Assembly (NCBI RefSeq): GCF_001194135.2
Contig: NC_068991.1
Location: forward strand, 75,546,829 to 75,610,695
Reading direction: 5' to 3'
Source of the DNA: Octopus bimaculoides
Lineage: Eukaryota
DNA: 63,867 nucleotides
The notes below the pieces were generated by a model. It made no database searches, was not told the DNA's origin, and saw only the letters and a list, made by a program, of their open reading frames with translations. The position numbers and the translations under genes are program-made. This document shows, piece by piece, positions 26,413 to 40,956 of the stretch (positions are counted from its first letter, which is position 1; the number at the start of each line of letters is the position of its first letter).

Positions 26413-27206
26413 GCACACACGAGGGGATTCCACATTTGCCGTTAACCAAATTCACTCACAAAGCATTGGGCGACCCAGAGAAATAGTAGAAGACACTTCC
26501 TCAAGTTGTTACACAGTAGGAATGAACTAGAAACCTCGGAGTTTCCAGGTGTACTTTTTCCCTATGCAGCGACACCTACTCAGAAATTTACATGTATTTC
26601 CAAAATATCTACTTCAACCAAAACACAAAGGCGAAAACACACAACAAATGTACGAACGAAAGCTTAGAAGTCTAGTTGCCCTCCGGAGAAGCGAAAATAG
26701 ATTGTTTTAATAGTTCGAATATGGAAATAACTAAAACGTCTCCGTTTGTATATAATACAAACAACTGATTCTGATAGATTTTAAAACATGAGAAATAATG
26801 CATATAACAGGCTTCACAACTAGTGCAAAACATCTCACCTACGACCAGAAGAAAATAATTTCATAACAGATTAGAAGTGTTTTTTTTATACACAAAATGA
26901 AAATATCTATAAGTAATCAACTTCTGAAATTGTAAATAGTTTTAATATTTCTCTTGAACAAGTTCAACTTTATAAATAATTTTGATCTACGTGAAGTCTC
27001 TTATGAAGTCTATTTTATTCTTTAAGATATTTAAAACTATAAATATCTTCCGAAGTTCTCTGTGTATGGGCTGTGTGTGTGTGTGTGTTGTGTGCATGTG
27101 TGCGCATTTGTGTTCGTAACTGCGTATGTATGTGCACGTATGAGAGTATGAGAATCTCCACGCAAATTCAATGTTCAATAAGAATAAACATGAATACAAA
27201 GCACAC

Positions 27207-27268
<62 letters not shown>

Positions 27269-27270
<2 letters not shown>

Positions 27271-27494
27271 TGCCCATATCCTACGTAAAATACTGTCTAT
27301 GTGATCTCAAATTTTAAAGCAAACATAATTTTCTTATGGTTTCTTAAACATTCACTTGAACAAAACTGTACAAATCCAAATATATGGTACCCTAGGCATA
27401 ACACCTACATGAACTTCTAACTTGTTGTCTCTTGAGGTCTCTGGGTGAGACTTGGATCCAACTTGTACAAATGCAAAACAAAAGTCAAACATAA
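27269..27494 (+). mobile_element. Severely 5'-truncated Dong/R4-like LINE end embedded in (AAT)n
   Basis: Starts with act gcc cat atc cta cgt aaa ata ctg tct atg tga (TAHILRKILSM*), the R4-clade C-terminal motif. A 3'UTR follows, with (AAT)n on both sides. Confidence 0.8.
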
Positions 27495-27526
<32 letters not shown>

Positions 27527-28689
27527 TGATGATGAGGNNNNNNNNNNNNNNNNNNNNNNNNNNNNNNNNNNNNNNNNNNNNNNNNNNNNNNNNNNNNNNN
27601 NNNNNNNNNNNNNNNNNNNNNNNNNNNNNNNNNNNNNNNNNNNNNNNNNNNNNNNNNNNNNNNNNNNNNNNNNNNNNNNNNNNNNNNNNNNNNNNNNNNN
27701 NNNNNNNNNNNNNNNNNNNNNNNNNNNNNNNNNNNNNNNNNNNNNNNNNNNNNNNNNNNNNNNNNNNNNNNNNNNNNNNNNNNNNNNNNNNNNNNNNNNN
27801 NNNNNNNNNNNNNNNNNNNNNNNNNNNNNNNNNNNNNNNNNNNNNNNNNNNNNNNNNNNNNNNNNNNNNNNNNNNNNNNNNNNNNNNNNNNNNNNNNNNN
27901 NNNNNNNNNNNNNNNNNNNNNNNNNNNNNNNNNNNNNNNNNNNNNNNNNNNNNNNNNNNNNNNNNNNNNNNNNNNNNNNNNNNNNNNNNNNNNNNNNNNN
28001 NNNNNNNNNNNNNNNNNNNNNNNNNNNNNNNNNNNNNNNNNNNNNNNNNNNNNNNNNNNNNNNNNNNNNNNNNNNNNNNNNNNNNNNNNNNNNNNNNNNN
28101 NNNNNNNNNNNNNNNNNNNNNNNNNNNNNNNNNNNNNNNNNNNNNNNNNNNNNNNNNNNNNNNNNNNNNNNNNNNNNNNNNNNNNNNNNNNNNNNNNNNN
28201 NNNNNNNNNNNNNNNNNNNNNNNNNNNNNNNNNNNNNNNNNNNNNNNNNNNNTAATAAAAATAAATAATAATAAAAATAATAATAATAAGTTTTACAATG
28301 ACGATGAATAAGCAAGCGTTGTAGCGGTCACATATATTTTCCCGATATTTCCCCAAAATTCTTTTCTTTTGTTACCCTCGAACTTTTCAAAGAGCCGAAA
28401 TGATGGCGAGTTCAAATCCTAACTACTACTACTACTACTACTACTGCTACACATATACAGGTCAACAAAGCTAGCAATTGTCAGCCCCTTCACTACGACT
28501 GCAGGGGGTAACTCAGACTAAGATAACAACAACAACAACAACAACAACGAAATCGTCAACACAGGAAAGTAACTATAGTAAAACTGATACTAACAATCTG
28601 CCAGCACCCGCTTTCCATCTTCTGTGGTTGCAGAACGTAGCCTAGCCAGAGCAAAAAAACAACAAAAAAACAACAACAACATCAACGTT

Positions 28690-28703
28690 GTTACCATGGC
28701 TAC
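28690..28703. promoter_or_regulatory. RFX X-box-like motif
   Basis: GTTACCATGGCTAC, a 13/14 match to the palindromic GTTRCCATGGYAAC, in sequence I could not assign to a transposon. Confidence 0.4.
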
Positions 28704-29099
28704 AGAAAGTAGCGAGACAGACAAATAGTCATAGAAATAAAAATGAAAGTGACAATGGTTTCATTTAATTTTTCTTCATTTCCTAAGCTTATCCACCGGA
28801 GAGGATTACAAGTTAGCAATGGATTATTTGACAGCTCATTCGGCATAATAGAAAAAAGCAGTTAAATCTCATTCTATTCGCACCTAACATCTAAGATAAA
28901 GGATACATCGCATAATGTATTTCTCTATGCAGCAGTCTATGTGAAAAGTTCAGGGAATTAGTGCCACCCCTGCCCTGCATAGGCCGGTGCAAACTCTGCG
29001 TTTATGGGAGTCCTGCAGGAAGTCACACTGGGTAACGTAGCATCCTAAGTCTTGTCCGGCGACTACGTTTGAGCTAGTGTTATAAATGGGGTGACCCTA

Positions 29100-31125
29100 T
29101 ACATGAAAATCTCAGTTAAACATATTCGAGGAGCAAATCATGTAGAAAATCACTCACATTCGTTGTAATGATGGTAACTAATACCTTTCTACATAACGGA
29201 ATGAACGGGGAGACTTCCTTGAGTGTCAACGACATTGGAGCTCCACGCTCGGCAGGAGCTTCTCTTAGAAAAATAAAATGGAACACAAGACTCCACCCAA
29301 TCATGGTCCTTTTACTTGCAAATGCAAGTGGCCTGCCGATGCAAGCAAAAAGTAATCAAGTGCCAAGAGAGGCCTGGCTAGACAAGAGCTATGGTAAATG
29401 TAAAGCTGTCGGAAAAAAGCAGTAGAACTTTGGAACCAACTAGGTATGCTCCAGATTATTGAAAATGAACCCATGATTCACATCAGAATGGTTCAGAATA
29501 CAGTAGTTCTTAATGAAACCCAAAATTTGGATAATCAAGAAAAGCCTGCGTAGTGACTGAAGATCAACAGAGGAATAGGTAAGGTGAGGGTGTTGTAGAA
29601 AATAGGAACTTTCATGGAGGAATGGGAAAGCATCAGTGTAATGTAGAGGAACCTATATTATCAGAGGGTATAACTAAAAAACAGAGGAATCGACTAAGTC
29701 TCGAAGAAATAATCATTACAAGAACAGAGTCCGAACCGTTCAATTTGAGATGCTTCGACCCTGACTGTGTGAAACGAGTGACCCAAAAAGTTGCTGGAAA
29801 GATCTATCGAAAATAAAGGATTTGATTAGACATGCTTCAATTTTAGTTGGTGAACTGGTTGGAAAAACAGAGGTGAACAGGCGGACAGAAGAAGTCATAG
29901 TGGAAGCGAAGAATCGAAACCTTGCATAAAGTCCCATTCAAGGTTAGTGGAAACGCAATAAGGATGTGGAGGTATATCTTGAAACAAAATACCACTTATA
30001 CAAGAAAGGGTTCAAAACTAATCGGAATACTAAAACACCGTATTCGAGCCAAAGCCTGTAAGGTACAAAGCTACACTGATCGCATTTCGCAGGTCCGTCA
30101 AATCAGGTAACTCACAAATAACCAGAGGTAGTTTTTAAGGGCTTGGGTGAAGATAGAGAAGATAATAAATCTCCTGAAGCAGAGGAAACTCGGCAATTTT
30201 GGAATAACATCTGGAGTCAAGAGGCTTCCCACAACCACGGAGCTGAGAGGACTCATTCCGTGAGATTCGAACTCCAGCACCCTGAGGTTCCAAGGCAGGT
30301 TGATTTATGCATAACAACAAAATATGTAATGGCACAGATTTTGAAACTGCCAAACTAGAGAGCATCAGTGCCATATGGAATCTGAAGCTACAGGCTCAAG
30401 TAGTTTAGGTCAACACTCGAACAAATTTGTTTGTAATTAGACAATTGCGTACAGAATGGCGCGGTTCCTGAATGGCTGGTGGAGAAAAAGACAACGGTCA
30501 AAGGACAATGCGGTTGATAATTACCAACCAATTGCTAGTTTTAATAGCTTATGGAAAGTATTAACAGAAATCCTCGCAATTAAAATATATACGTTCCTTA
30601 CGGTAAACAATCAACTTCCAATAGAAAAAAAATGATGCCAGAAAGGATCCAAGGGAACGAAGGACCATCTTGTGATAGACAAATATTCTGCTTTATAACA
30701 TAAGTTTGCTTCCTTAGTTGTTTAACCAGTTGCGTATGTCTCTTAGTGACCGATAATATGTACGTCTCGGATCACAAGCAGAAGTAGTGTGTGTGGGGGG
30801 AGGATGGGCGTATTATTGTGACGTGTTGTGAGGAATTCTTTGGGGTTTGAAATATGGGTGTTTCGTTCATCATCCTTAAACAAACCCTATTCTGGGACAT
30901 TTTAAGCGGAATGGGCTACTCAGTCTGAAGATATTTCTAGCTGGGCCTCCCCCACTCTGTATGTTCAGGTGCTGTTCATCTTGATATGAAATCATCCTGT
31001 CGCGCACATATGGTTGTGATGTATGTCTTTGGCGTATCCTTAACAGACGGGTAGTCATCAAGAGTATACTGGGCTTCGTACCCCAGAGTCACTTTGATGA
31101 CGTGTGCTGCACTCTCACTCAACAA
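29100..31125 (+). mobile_element. Dong/R4-clade LINE, decayed and internally deleted (N-terminal ORF up to the start of RT, joined to a 3'UTR)
   Basis: Translation fragments WKRRIE, RIRAKA, PEAEETRQFWNNIWS, KLPN, VPEWLV, DNY.PIA..N.LWK and GSKGTKDHLVIDK. At about 30685 it switches to the 3'UTR-type repeat ending in an (AAC)n tail. Confidence 0.8.
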
Positions 31126-32238
31126 CAACAACAGAAACATCAACAATAACGACGACGACAAGGATGACGACAACAAGAATAATGAATTGCCCAATATTTT
31201 CGAGGTTGAGTTTTTTTGGCACTTCATAAGTACTGGTGGAACCCTAACATTTCGGCTCACTGACGCGATATATCTTCTCTCTTCTGTTTGATACTATATT
31301 AACACATTGAGCACGCGTTCTCCCTTTGTTTAACGCCGAGAAACGTGGTATGTAGAATCCACCTCAGCAGAATGAAGTGTAAACCGAAGACCAGAGAGAC
31401 ATCAGTTTGCTTCAGGTAGAGGCGTATTCGTTGCTCTTTTTATAGTCAAGAATGTAATTAAGAAAGCCAAAGAACTTCTCTAATACTTCAACTCGATCAG
31501 CTTTAAGGCTTTGGCATGATCTATTGGAAGGATTTATCGAAGATAATGACAGCAATAAGCGTCTGCCCAAAGTTAGTGCGAATTATCTATAAATTATCTG
31601 CATAAGAGCTATAAAAGAACATACGTATATATTCTAACACTATTAAAAAGACACTTGTTCTGCCGTGATTTCCTTCAGGCTTTCGAATGAATGTGTAGAA
31701 TATAAAATGTCTTTGCTCGGATAACTAAAATGGAGAGCCAGTTCACTACAATGCCGCACAAATTGACTAATACATACGCATACTCGCACACAAACATATT
31801 CACTCATACTGAGAGAAATTTCCACGAATTCATATTTGCAGTCCCAGATGTCAGCATCTAAAACGATCACCGATACTTAATATAACAACCAGTTCTCATA
31901 CAGATCGCACATTCTACAGTCTTAAGAAAACGAAGAACTCTTTGAAGAAAAGGAAAGGAAGTACACGGCTGGAGCGACTTTTATTAGAGGCATGTTATGT
32001 TATGCATGTTTGAAAAATGTGTTTGGTTTCCGGATTTCTTTCCCATCCTAGAGTGCAATTGTGAAGGAGAGAAAGTATACAAAAAAAGAAGCGCAAGTGT
32101 AAGAATTCAACTTTAAGTTAAAACAAAGGAGAAAGAGTGAATTAGAGAGAGAGAGACAGAAAGAAAGAGAGGGAGAAAGAAAGAGAGGGAAAGAGAAGGA
32201 CAACGATAGAGATAGATAAGATAAATTGATAGATAGAT

Positions 32239-32283
<45 letters not shown>

Positions 32284-33052
32284 TATCTATATGTATGCAA
32301 ATAAGGTCTGCGTGTTTCAGTCTATCAGGTTATATTCGCTTGTAAGTGACGGCTACACATTTTTGTGGGTTAGTAATAAACGATCTCAGTTGATAACAAT
32401 TGAAACACGTGTTAATACTACAATGTTATGTCATAAAAGAATACATTGTGTATGTTTATGTATGTATGTATCCACGAATGCCTTTGCGAGAATACGCTAT
32501 GCTAAATACGCTATACTAAATAGGCTATGCTAAATACACTGTCTTTAAGAGAGCCTGCTCGTGCTCGTATATGTTCTGATATGAAGAATAAATAAAGATA
32601 TCAAGTTATAAAGATAGAAAGAAATAATGAAACAAAGAAATGACGGGATAAAATGGACCGTGTAAATTTATGCATGTGGTGCTTTTTATATAGCTGACTG
32701 TTTAATAAACATGAATTTAAAATATTAACTCTTAGTATCTTAGAAACTGAAGTAACTTCGAACTTTTAACATACATAAGAACTAGCTGCGTAGAAACCTA
32801 ACTTTTTTTTTAAAGTTTCTATACCTCAACATAGTAAATGTAATTAATAGGTGTGTCATACTCCAAGTTTAACAACAATATAATTCAATAATCGATGTGG
32901 CTTATATAAATACAATTACTCAGTTGTGAAGCAATAAACTTTGTACAATGTAGCTTCTTTGCTAGTTTGAGCTTGAAAACTATAACTATAGTTGGAACTA
33001 TAAACTATATCTTTAGTATTTTATTACCTGCAGTGTATTAGTATCCAGTCTA

Positions 33053-33439
33053 TTATTACCTCTGCCTTAGCGAAGGCGAAGATATTGTTTTCAGTCGCGT
33101 TTGTTTGTTTGTTTGTTTGTTTGTTTCTCCGTGGACAAGATATCTCAAGAACAGCTGGATGGATTCGAATGAAACTTTCCGGGATGTTTGGCGTCGTGAC
33201 TGGCACGAACTGATTAGATTTTGGGATCGATTTTGGGTACCAAACAAGGATTCTAGATTATTTTTCCGTTTTCTTCTACTTAATTTTTGAGAGCGGTCGA
33301 GTTCAATTTTAGTATTCTCGTTTGCGAGAGCAGTTGAGTTTATTTAGATGTTCTCATTTTAAAAATCATCTCTGGCTAATCGTTGAGAGGATGTTGATGT
33401 TGCTTTGGCCGAAGTTTTCGATTTCTGAGTGCGCTTGTT
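33053..33439 (+). mobile_element. HINE/DINE-1-like (Helentron-associated) non-autonomous element
   Basis: Starts ttattacctctgcc with a 5' stem-loop partner (ggcgaag), has an internal (GTTT)n, a subterminal ggccgaagt, and ends in cttgtt. Confidence 0.55.
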
Positions 33440-33477
33440 ACCTATATTTACATTGTTACAATTGCAATGTTCTTTAG

Positions 33478-33840
33478 GTATCTTGATCTCTGATCACGTG
33501 TAGGAGTAGTGGTGGAGCATCATACTCTGTGTTGAGAGGAATTCTTTGGGGGTTGAATAATTCACCTCTGGAAACATGGGTGTTTCGTACAACATCCTTA
33601 AGTAACCCTTATTTAGGAACCTTTTGAGTGGGATGGGCTACTCGACCTGAAGAAAATTCCAGTTGGGTCCCACCTGCGAGGTCATGCGCTGTTTATCTTG
33701 ATATGAGATCACCATGTCACTCACATATGGTTGTGATGCATGTGCCTGGTGTACCCTTATCAGACGGGTAGTCGGGATGGGTATGTTTTAACCCAGCGTT
33801 ACTTTGATGGCATGCACTGCTCTCTCACTCAATAATGATA
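33478..33840 (+). mobile_element. 5'-truncated Dong/R4-like 3'UTR, copy 3
   Basis: Homologous to 17426-17960; ends ctctcactcaataatgataataac. Confidence 0.6.
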
Positions 33841-35088
33841 ATAACAACAGGTTAATATGGATAAACTCTTCCAAAATTAACTAGCATTTCGTCAGGCTTT
33901 GTATTGTGAGTTCAAATTCTGCCAAAGTCGACTTTACTTTTCATCTTTTCGGGGTCGATAAAACAATTAGTGGCTAAGTATAGCTAGTGTTGATGTAATC
34001 AGACTTACCCACGTTCCAGAAATCGATGACCTTATGCCAACATTTCAAATCATCATCATCATTATTATTGTTGTTGCTGCTGTTGTCATCAACACGATTC
34101 CCGTGTCATCAATTCGATAATATATCCTTACATATCTCTTCTAGCCAAGAGACTTTAACATATAGAAAAACAGTAGAACACACTAATATTAATGGCCTAG
34201 GTCATTTGCATAATTTATGAAAAATTGAGCGAAGAACCTAACTTGGAGTAGCCAAACCAGTGGGCCTATTAGGAGCCTTGATTTGCTGCTTATTAACTAG
34301 GCTAGAAGTCTTATCTTGTATTTGTTAAAGAGTGAGAAAAAGGCAATTGTGATGGGCATAGCGATCTAGAAAATAATAAATTATTAATATCAAAACAAAG
34401 AAAAAAAAATGAAAAAAAAAAACCAGTTTAGAAAATTTCCCAAGGGGGCCTTCTGCATTAAGAAGATGCAGTTAACTCTGAGCTAACTACCATAGTAATT
34501 GTGCTGCGCTGAATATGATTTCATTTATTACGGCATTACGAATTTGTTACGGCATTAAACTGTTTCAGATAGAGATTAAAACCTTGTCACGTTTAGGCCT
34601 ATTGAAAGCTTATGTATGGCTTACGGAACGATATACTAAACAGATTAAATAAAATTTATATAAGGATTTAGTGGGGAGATTTTGGTTGCATGTGTTCCAT
34701 ATCTACGCTGCTATTCTTTTTAATTACTGTAAAATAATATTCAAATTACTTTAAACAATGAGTCATCATAACGATCAATTTGAAGCGTTTGCTCCTAAAC
34801 TAAAATCACAATTTCAGCCGAGAATTAAAACTGAATTAAAATCGAATATATATTTGTTGCTCAGTCTGAGTTTATAATTTGATTTTGATAACTAGATACC
34901 ATCGTTAAATGCGTCATATTCCCTTCACGTTTAGAAGAACGCATTTCCTGTTTACTGTGTAGACTATATATAGACACATATACGCACAAACACGCACGCT
35001 AACGTGTGCGCATGTATATGTGCACACAAGCATATTTACATGCATACATACATACTCACACGTATACATAGATGTGTGTATTTGCATG

Positions 35089-35121
<33 letters not shown>

Positions 35122-35246
35122 CGCGCACGCGTAATAGAATAACGAAGGTGGCTAAAAGCAATAGAAAACTAAATCGAAAGAATTCAATAGTCACTAATTG
35201 TGACTGATGGTGCAGGATAGCACGCACGCACACACATAAGCACGCC

Positions 35247-35282
<36 letters not shown>

Positions 35283-36634
35283 CATGTATGAATGTACGCA
35301 CGCATTTATGTATGTATGTATGTATGTATGTATGCATGTATGTACGTTCATACATAGTGCATACGTTTGTATGTATGTATGTTTGTATGTGTGCATGTAT
35401 GTTTGTATGTATGTGTGTATGTATGTATATGTGTATGTACGTTTGTATGTATGTATGTATGTATGTATGTATCGGAATATTGCACGTTTCCCGTTTATCA
35501 AATTTATTTCACTTGCAGATTCCCCACATTGACATTAAACGCGAAACCACACGGTCGGAATCGAACTTCTTACTGAGCCACACGACAATGTCTTTGCAGA
35601 TGTTTTGTACACAGAATTTAATTTCATTCCTTTCGGTTTCAAGCTGAAATCTCAAGAAGATCGATAAAAACGTACCAACGATATGAGGGAGTTGTCCAGA
35701 TTGATTGGCTTATGCTTTCGCATGCAAAACCAAAACCGAATCCCTTTGCAGCTATTTGCATTTTCTAATGCATCTAAATTACATTTACATTATTGGAAAA
35801 AAAGAAAAGGCCTGGTCAACGATGGCAACATGTGTTTGAAATTGAAATAGAAAGTCAACAGATGGCTTTGGTCTTCGTCAGGCTGGCAAGAATCATTTGC
35901 GAAGTGGGAATGGTATTGAGGTGAAATGTCGTCAACAGGATCCAAGTAAACAGCTCCAATCACAATAAGCAGCTCATATTTCAAATCACTTATCGCCTTG
36001 CTATTTGTATATCTAATGTATTTAGTGGAGCGTTATATACAAAGAATACTATTTTAGCATAATATCGAATGTCTGCGAGAGATTTAGTTGGGTTCGAGCT
36101 GAATCATGTCAGCCACAAAGCTGCACATCAATTATCTGAGGTGAAAATGAAGATTAATTTAGTATAAATTAGTATAAAGAACTGGTATATTTATATACTA
36201 TCAAGTTAAATGATGGAAATATATGAGTTCCATCGTTGTCAGATGAAAACCAATATTTGGACATTTAATCTTATTATGATCCATAAATCAACAATACAGC
36301 GTTATACCGGAAGGGAAATAAAGACAGTTTAGTTCATAGAGTATCGATCAGCCAATCAATCCAATGACTCCATTTGCTAAGGTGTAAGAGAGATGCTTTA
36401 GATTCATATATTATGCAGTGGCAGCACTAAAACACTGCAGTATGTTTCGTTGAATTTATTTCCTTCAGTAGCAAATTCTGCCCACGATATTATTATTTCA
36501 TGTTTGATTTTTTTTCTAATATTTCGTTCTTTCTGTTATTTGCTGTTTACACATTATTATGTAACTCCATATTGTATTGTTTTGTATCGTCCTGTAGCGT
36601 CTTCGATTATTTTTATAAAAATCTAATTATTAAG

Positions 36635-37240
<606 letters not shown>

Positions 37241-37865
37241 TCTGGTAGGATTCTGTGATAGTAGACAGCAGCCCGTTGTCAGAGGTCTCACAGGGTGTCT
37301 TTCCGCACATTATAAGCTTTGATACTTGGTTGTTAATTATCGTGAGAGACATTCAACATCCAAGTACCAATCTCAAAATCCTAGCTGTCCCCAGCAGAGC
37401 CGGTTTTGTGGTTTGCTCTGCCCTCTATTCAATTCTTATTTCTTTGACATATTTCTCGAATTTGGTTGCTAGGGCTCCGAGTGCCCCTACAACTACTGCA
37501 ATGACAGACACTCTCCTCATAGTCCACGTTCTTGCAATTTCGTCTTTTAGTAGTCTGTACTTTTCAATCTTTTCTAGTTCTTTGTCACTTATGCGAGCAT
37601 CCTCAGGTATTGCAATATATGTTATCTTGGTTTACTTTTGTCCTTTATCTATCACAACGATATCAGGTTTCCGAGCATCGATTAGAGAATCACGTTTGAT
37701 TATAAGATCCCACAGTATCTTATAATCCTTGTTCTCGGTGACTCCTTCTGGGTCATGTTCGTACCATTTTTGTGCTCTTCCCAGGTCGGACTTTTCACAT
37801 AGCCACCAGTGGATGTACTTAGTCATGCTATCGTGCCTCTTTTTGTAGTGTTTTGGGTTAGCTTG
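37241..37865 (-). mobile_element. Dong/R4-like LINE 3' end (RLE domain), family A, fused to family B
   Basis: RHDSMTKYIHW...WYEHDPEGV.EN...ILWD...RKPDIVVIDK...AIPED...EKIEKY..LKDEI...GALG...ALLGTARILRLVLGC* (stop at 37353), then a different 3'UTR. Confidence 0.85.
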
Positions 37866-40800
37866 CTACACTCTTTCAGAATAAGTCAGATTGTTTTGTT
37901 TTGATGCCACGCATCCTACAAAGGGGTGATTCGCTGCCAAAATTTGAAATCATCATCATCATTATTATTGTTGTTGCTGTTGTTGTTGTTATCATTCTAA
38001 GTCACTTTTGAATCGTAAGAAAGCTGCAAGTGTTGCGATCGATCATAAATTCATCATGGCATTGGCGTTTTGTTCTGTTTTAATAATTTTGTTTTATCAT
38101 TTCATTCTAGACATGAAATCCTTATCCTAAACTTGTCACGACTACTAAAGTTTTTTCTGATTTTGATCTTCATGAATTATTCTCCATTAAATGGACCTTG
38201 AAAGCAGAGATGTCCTAATATATTTGAATAGTTAGAGAAAACGTCTCAGCTTGAATATTTGGGAAACGTATTTGGAAATCGTATTCTGAGCCATTCTTAA
38301 TACAAATCTCGGTAGAATGCTCGTACGAAAGCAATAATTAAAATGTAAACAGTTTATCAACGGGAACACTAACTCTTTGTGTTTCCAGAGCAGAAAAAAA
38401 AAAGCTGATATCAAAGGAACTGAAATACTGTAATAGATTTCCTTAGTATCATCGGCATAACACTCTTTAAGCAAATATTCATTGTTCTATTTTTCCGATC
38501 TGTCTAGTATTATCGATTTTCGGCTCCCTTGGATGTTCTTATTATGTTTAGAATACTGCAACAAGCATCGTTGTGAATATTAGACGCTAGCATGCTGAAC
38601 TGGAATCTATTCATATCCAGTTTCTTTTAATGGAACTGATATATTTAGCTTTAGTCTGTTTACATTTCACGACAGCAATTTTTTTTCCTTTTGCCAAATG
38701 AATAAGTATCTATGTGTCCATTTGATAAAAGGTGTATGTCTAAAATTTGGAGGTAATAAAGCTTATCATATTTTTTGCTTTGGTGACTGGCGTATACTTT
38801 TCTCATTTATTGTCAATTGCATATAGATTCCGGTACTAAAACGACGACGTTTTCGGCTCTCCAAACACGTGGATCATAAACTTTGGTAATTCCCTATACC
38901 AGAATAAATAAGCAGAATTCAAATTTTCTCTTCCGAAATAAACTTTGTACATATTCAGACAAATATATTATATTTCTCTCTCACCCACAATCATAATTGT
39001 CCCTGAGAGAATTTTTAATTCGTCAACTCTTTATTATCCAGAATAATTAATTGGTTGATTCATTATTATGTAGATTATTGGTGCTTTATAGAAACAGATA
39101 GCAATGTACATAGAACATTATATATATAAAATAACAATGTCAAAGTTACGCAAAGGCTAGCAATGAAATAATTAATTAGTACTGATATTTCTAGTTAAAT
39201 ATCCCTTTTCAAAGTTTTAAAGTATTAGGTAAATAAGATACATATCCAGTTTGTGAGCGTCTTGGATCGTGTCATAATGCAATTACCGTGGGTAAAAGAT
39301 GAAGAAATTTGAGGTTGCTATTTGTGATCCAAGGTGAAGGTGTCATAGTGGAGTTGCATCAATTTCTTGCAAGGGACCCATATACAAGGAATAAATATCA
39401 TTGCGGAGTATTCCTTTCAAAGACGCTGGTTAAGCATCAATTTAAGCTGTTACACCTGTTCAATATTAGTAGAATGAAATTTATTGAAATATTTCCCATA
39501 TTCAAGGAAACTATACAGAAAGTATTTGCAAACTTCATGAGAACTCACACACACACACAGTTCCTTTAATATTTACTCATATAAAGAGGAAGACAAAGTT
39601 TTATTCATATATGTATATATTATATTATGTATATATATATATATATNNNNNNNNNNNNNNNNNNNNNNNNNNNNNNNNNNNNNNNNNNNNNNNNNNNNNN
39701 NNNNNNNNNNNNNNNNNNNNNNNNNNNNNNNNNNNNNNNNNNNNNNNNNNNNNNNNNNNNNTATATATATAAACGTTCCTCTCGTCCATTTATTTCAACC
39801 AGGCATTGATCATAGCCGCAAGCAATTTCTAATTAATTGTAGAGCTAAGCCACTGATTAAATGCCTTCTTGATTAAACTAATTAAGATGTACCTTGCGAG
39901 GTTCATGAATGTCTAATTTCTGTTTCACTCTTTCAGTCATACACACACACACACATGGTCACACACACAGATGCTCTCTCTCTCTCTCACTCTCTCTTTC
40001 ACACACACAACCACGCTCAGACACACGCATATACACAAACAAACACACCCACAAACACCCCCACACATCCACACACAAACACACACAGACACACATACAG
40101 ATACATCCTGAGCTGAAAGAAATATCCCTATTGGCTTAATGGCATGAATTTGAATAAGCCTGCCAAGGGGTGATGTACTCAATGACATTATTAGACATTT
40201 TCAAATTAATTGGAATTTACGTCTTGGAGAAATGCAACAAAATCCTAGCGGTAATTTTTAGCGACTCTCGAAGAAATCATGGGATGATTTCAAGAACATA
40301 TGAACAAACTTTATAAAATTAATCAACAGACTTGCAGGCGAGGAAGGAAAAAGCTGAATTTTGTTCCATGGTATGCAAGGAGCCAAGGACAGACATAATT
40401 TTGTTCTATTCGAACTCATCTGTGTATCAACGTATACTCAAGCCAGCGTTGATTAACTAACGAAGGATTATATCTACAGGGGATTACTTATGAACGAATA
40501 TAATCAAAATAATAATAAAATGAGCTAAATGATATAGTTAAGTGTTTCAATGGCATGAACATACTAGTGTGTTTGCAACCAGGTAACAAAATATGATGGC
40601 TGCACCTTGGAAATATGTGGATGGTGAAGTTCTGGTCTGAAGAGGAAACATTATTCAGGCGCAGTTTGGACAGCAGCTGCTGAAGAACGGTCTGTTTTGG
40701 AAATGGCACACAGGACTGTTAGGCAGCTGACCTGGCTTCATCAGACATTGAGTTTGAGAAACACGTCCCAGCCTTAAAGACTTTAAATGTATCTTGTCTT

Positions 40801-40912
40801 TTTTTTAATACAAGCTGTTTTATGCACAGATATTCATAAATAGATATATGCTGACATATGACACACACGCGCGCACGCACAAACTCACACACATGTACAT
40901 ACACACACGTGA

Positions 40913-40956
<44 letters not shown>

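Noticed and set aside
28940-29095. HDV-like ribozyme at the 5' end of the R4 element
   Set aside because: A 7-bp hairpin (aacgtag/ctacgtt) exists, but I could not build P1, P2, P3 and P1.1. An RNAMotif search would settle it.
35518-35600. Plus-strand acceptor followed by an open frame (IPHIDIKRE...)
   Set aside because: It is the reverse complement of a decayed SINE type A head.
38232-38474. Minus-strand ORF containing YADD
   Set aside because: No other RT motifs nearby.
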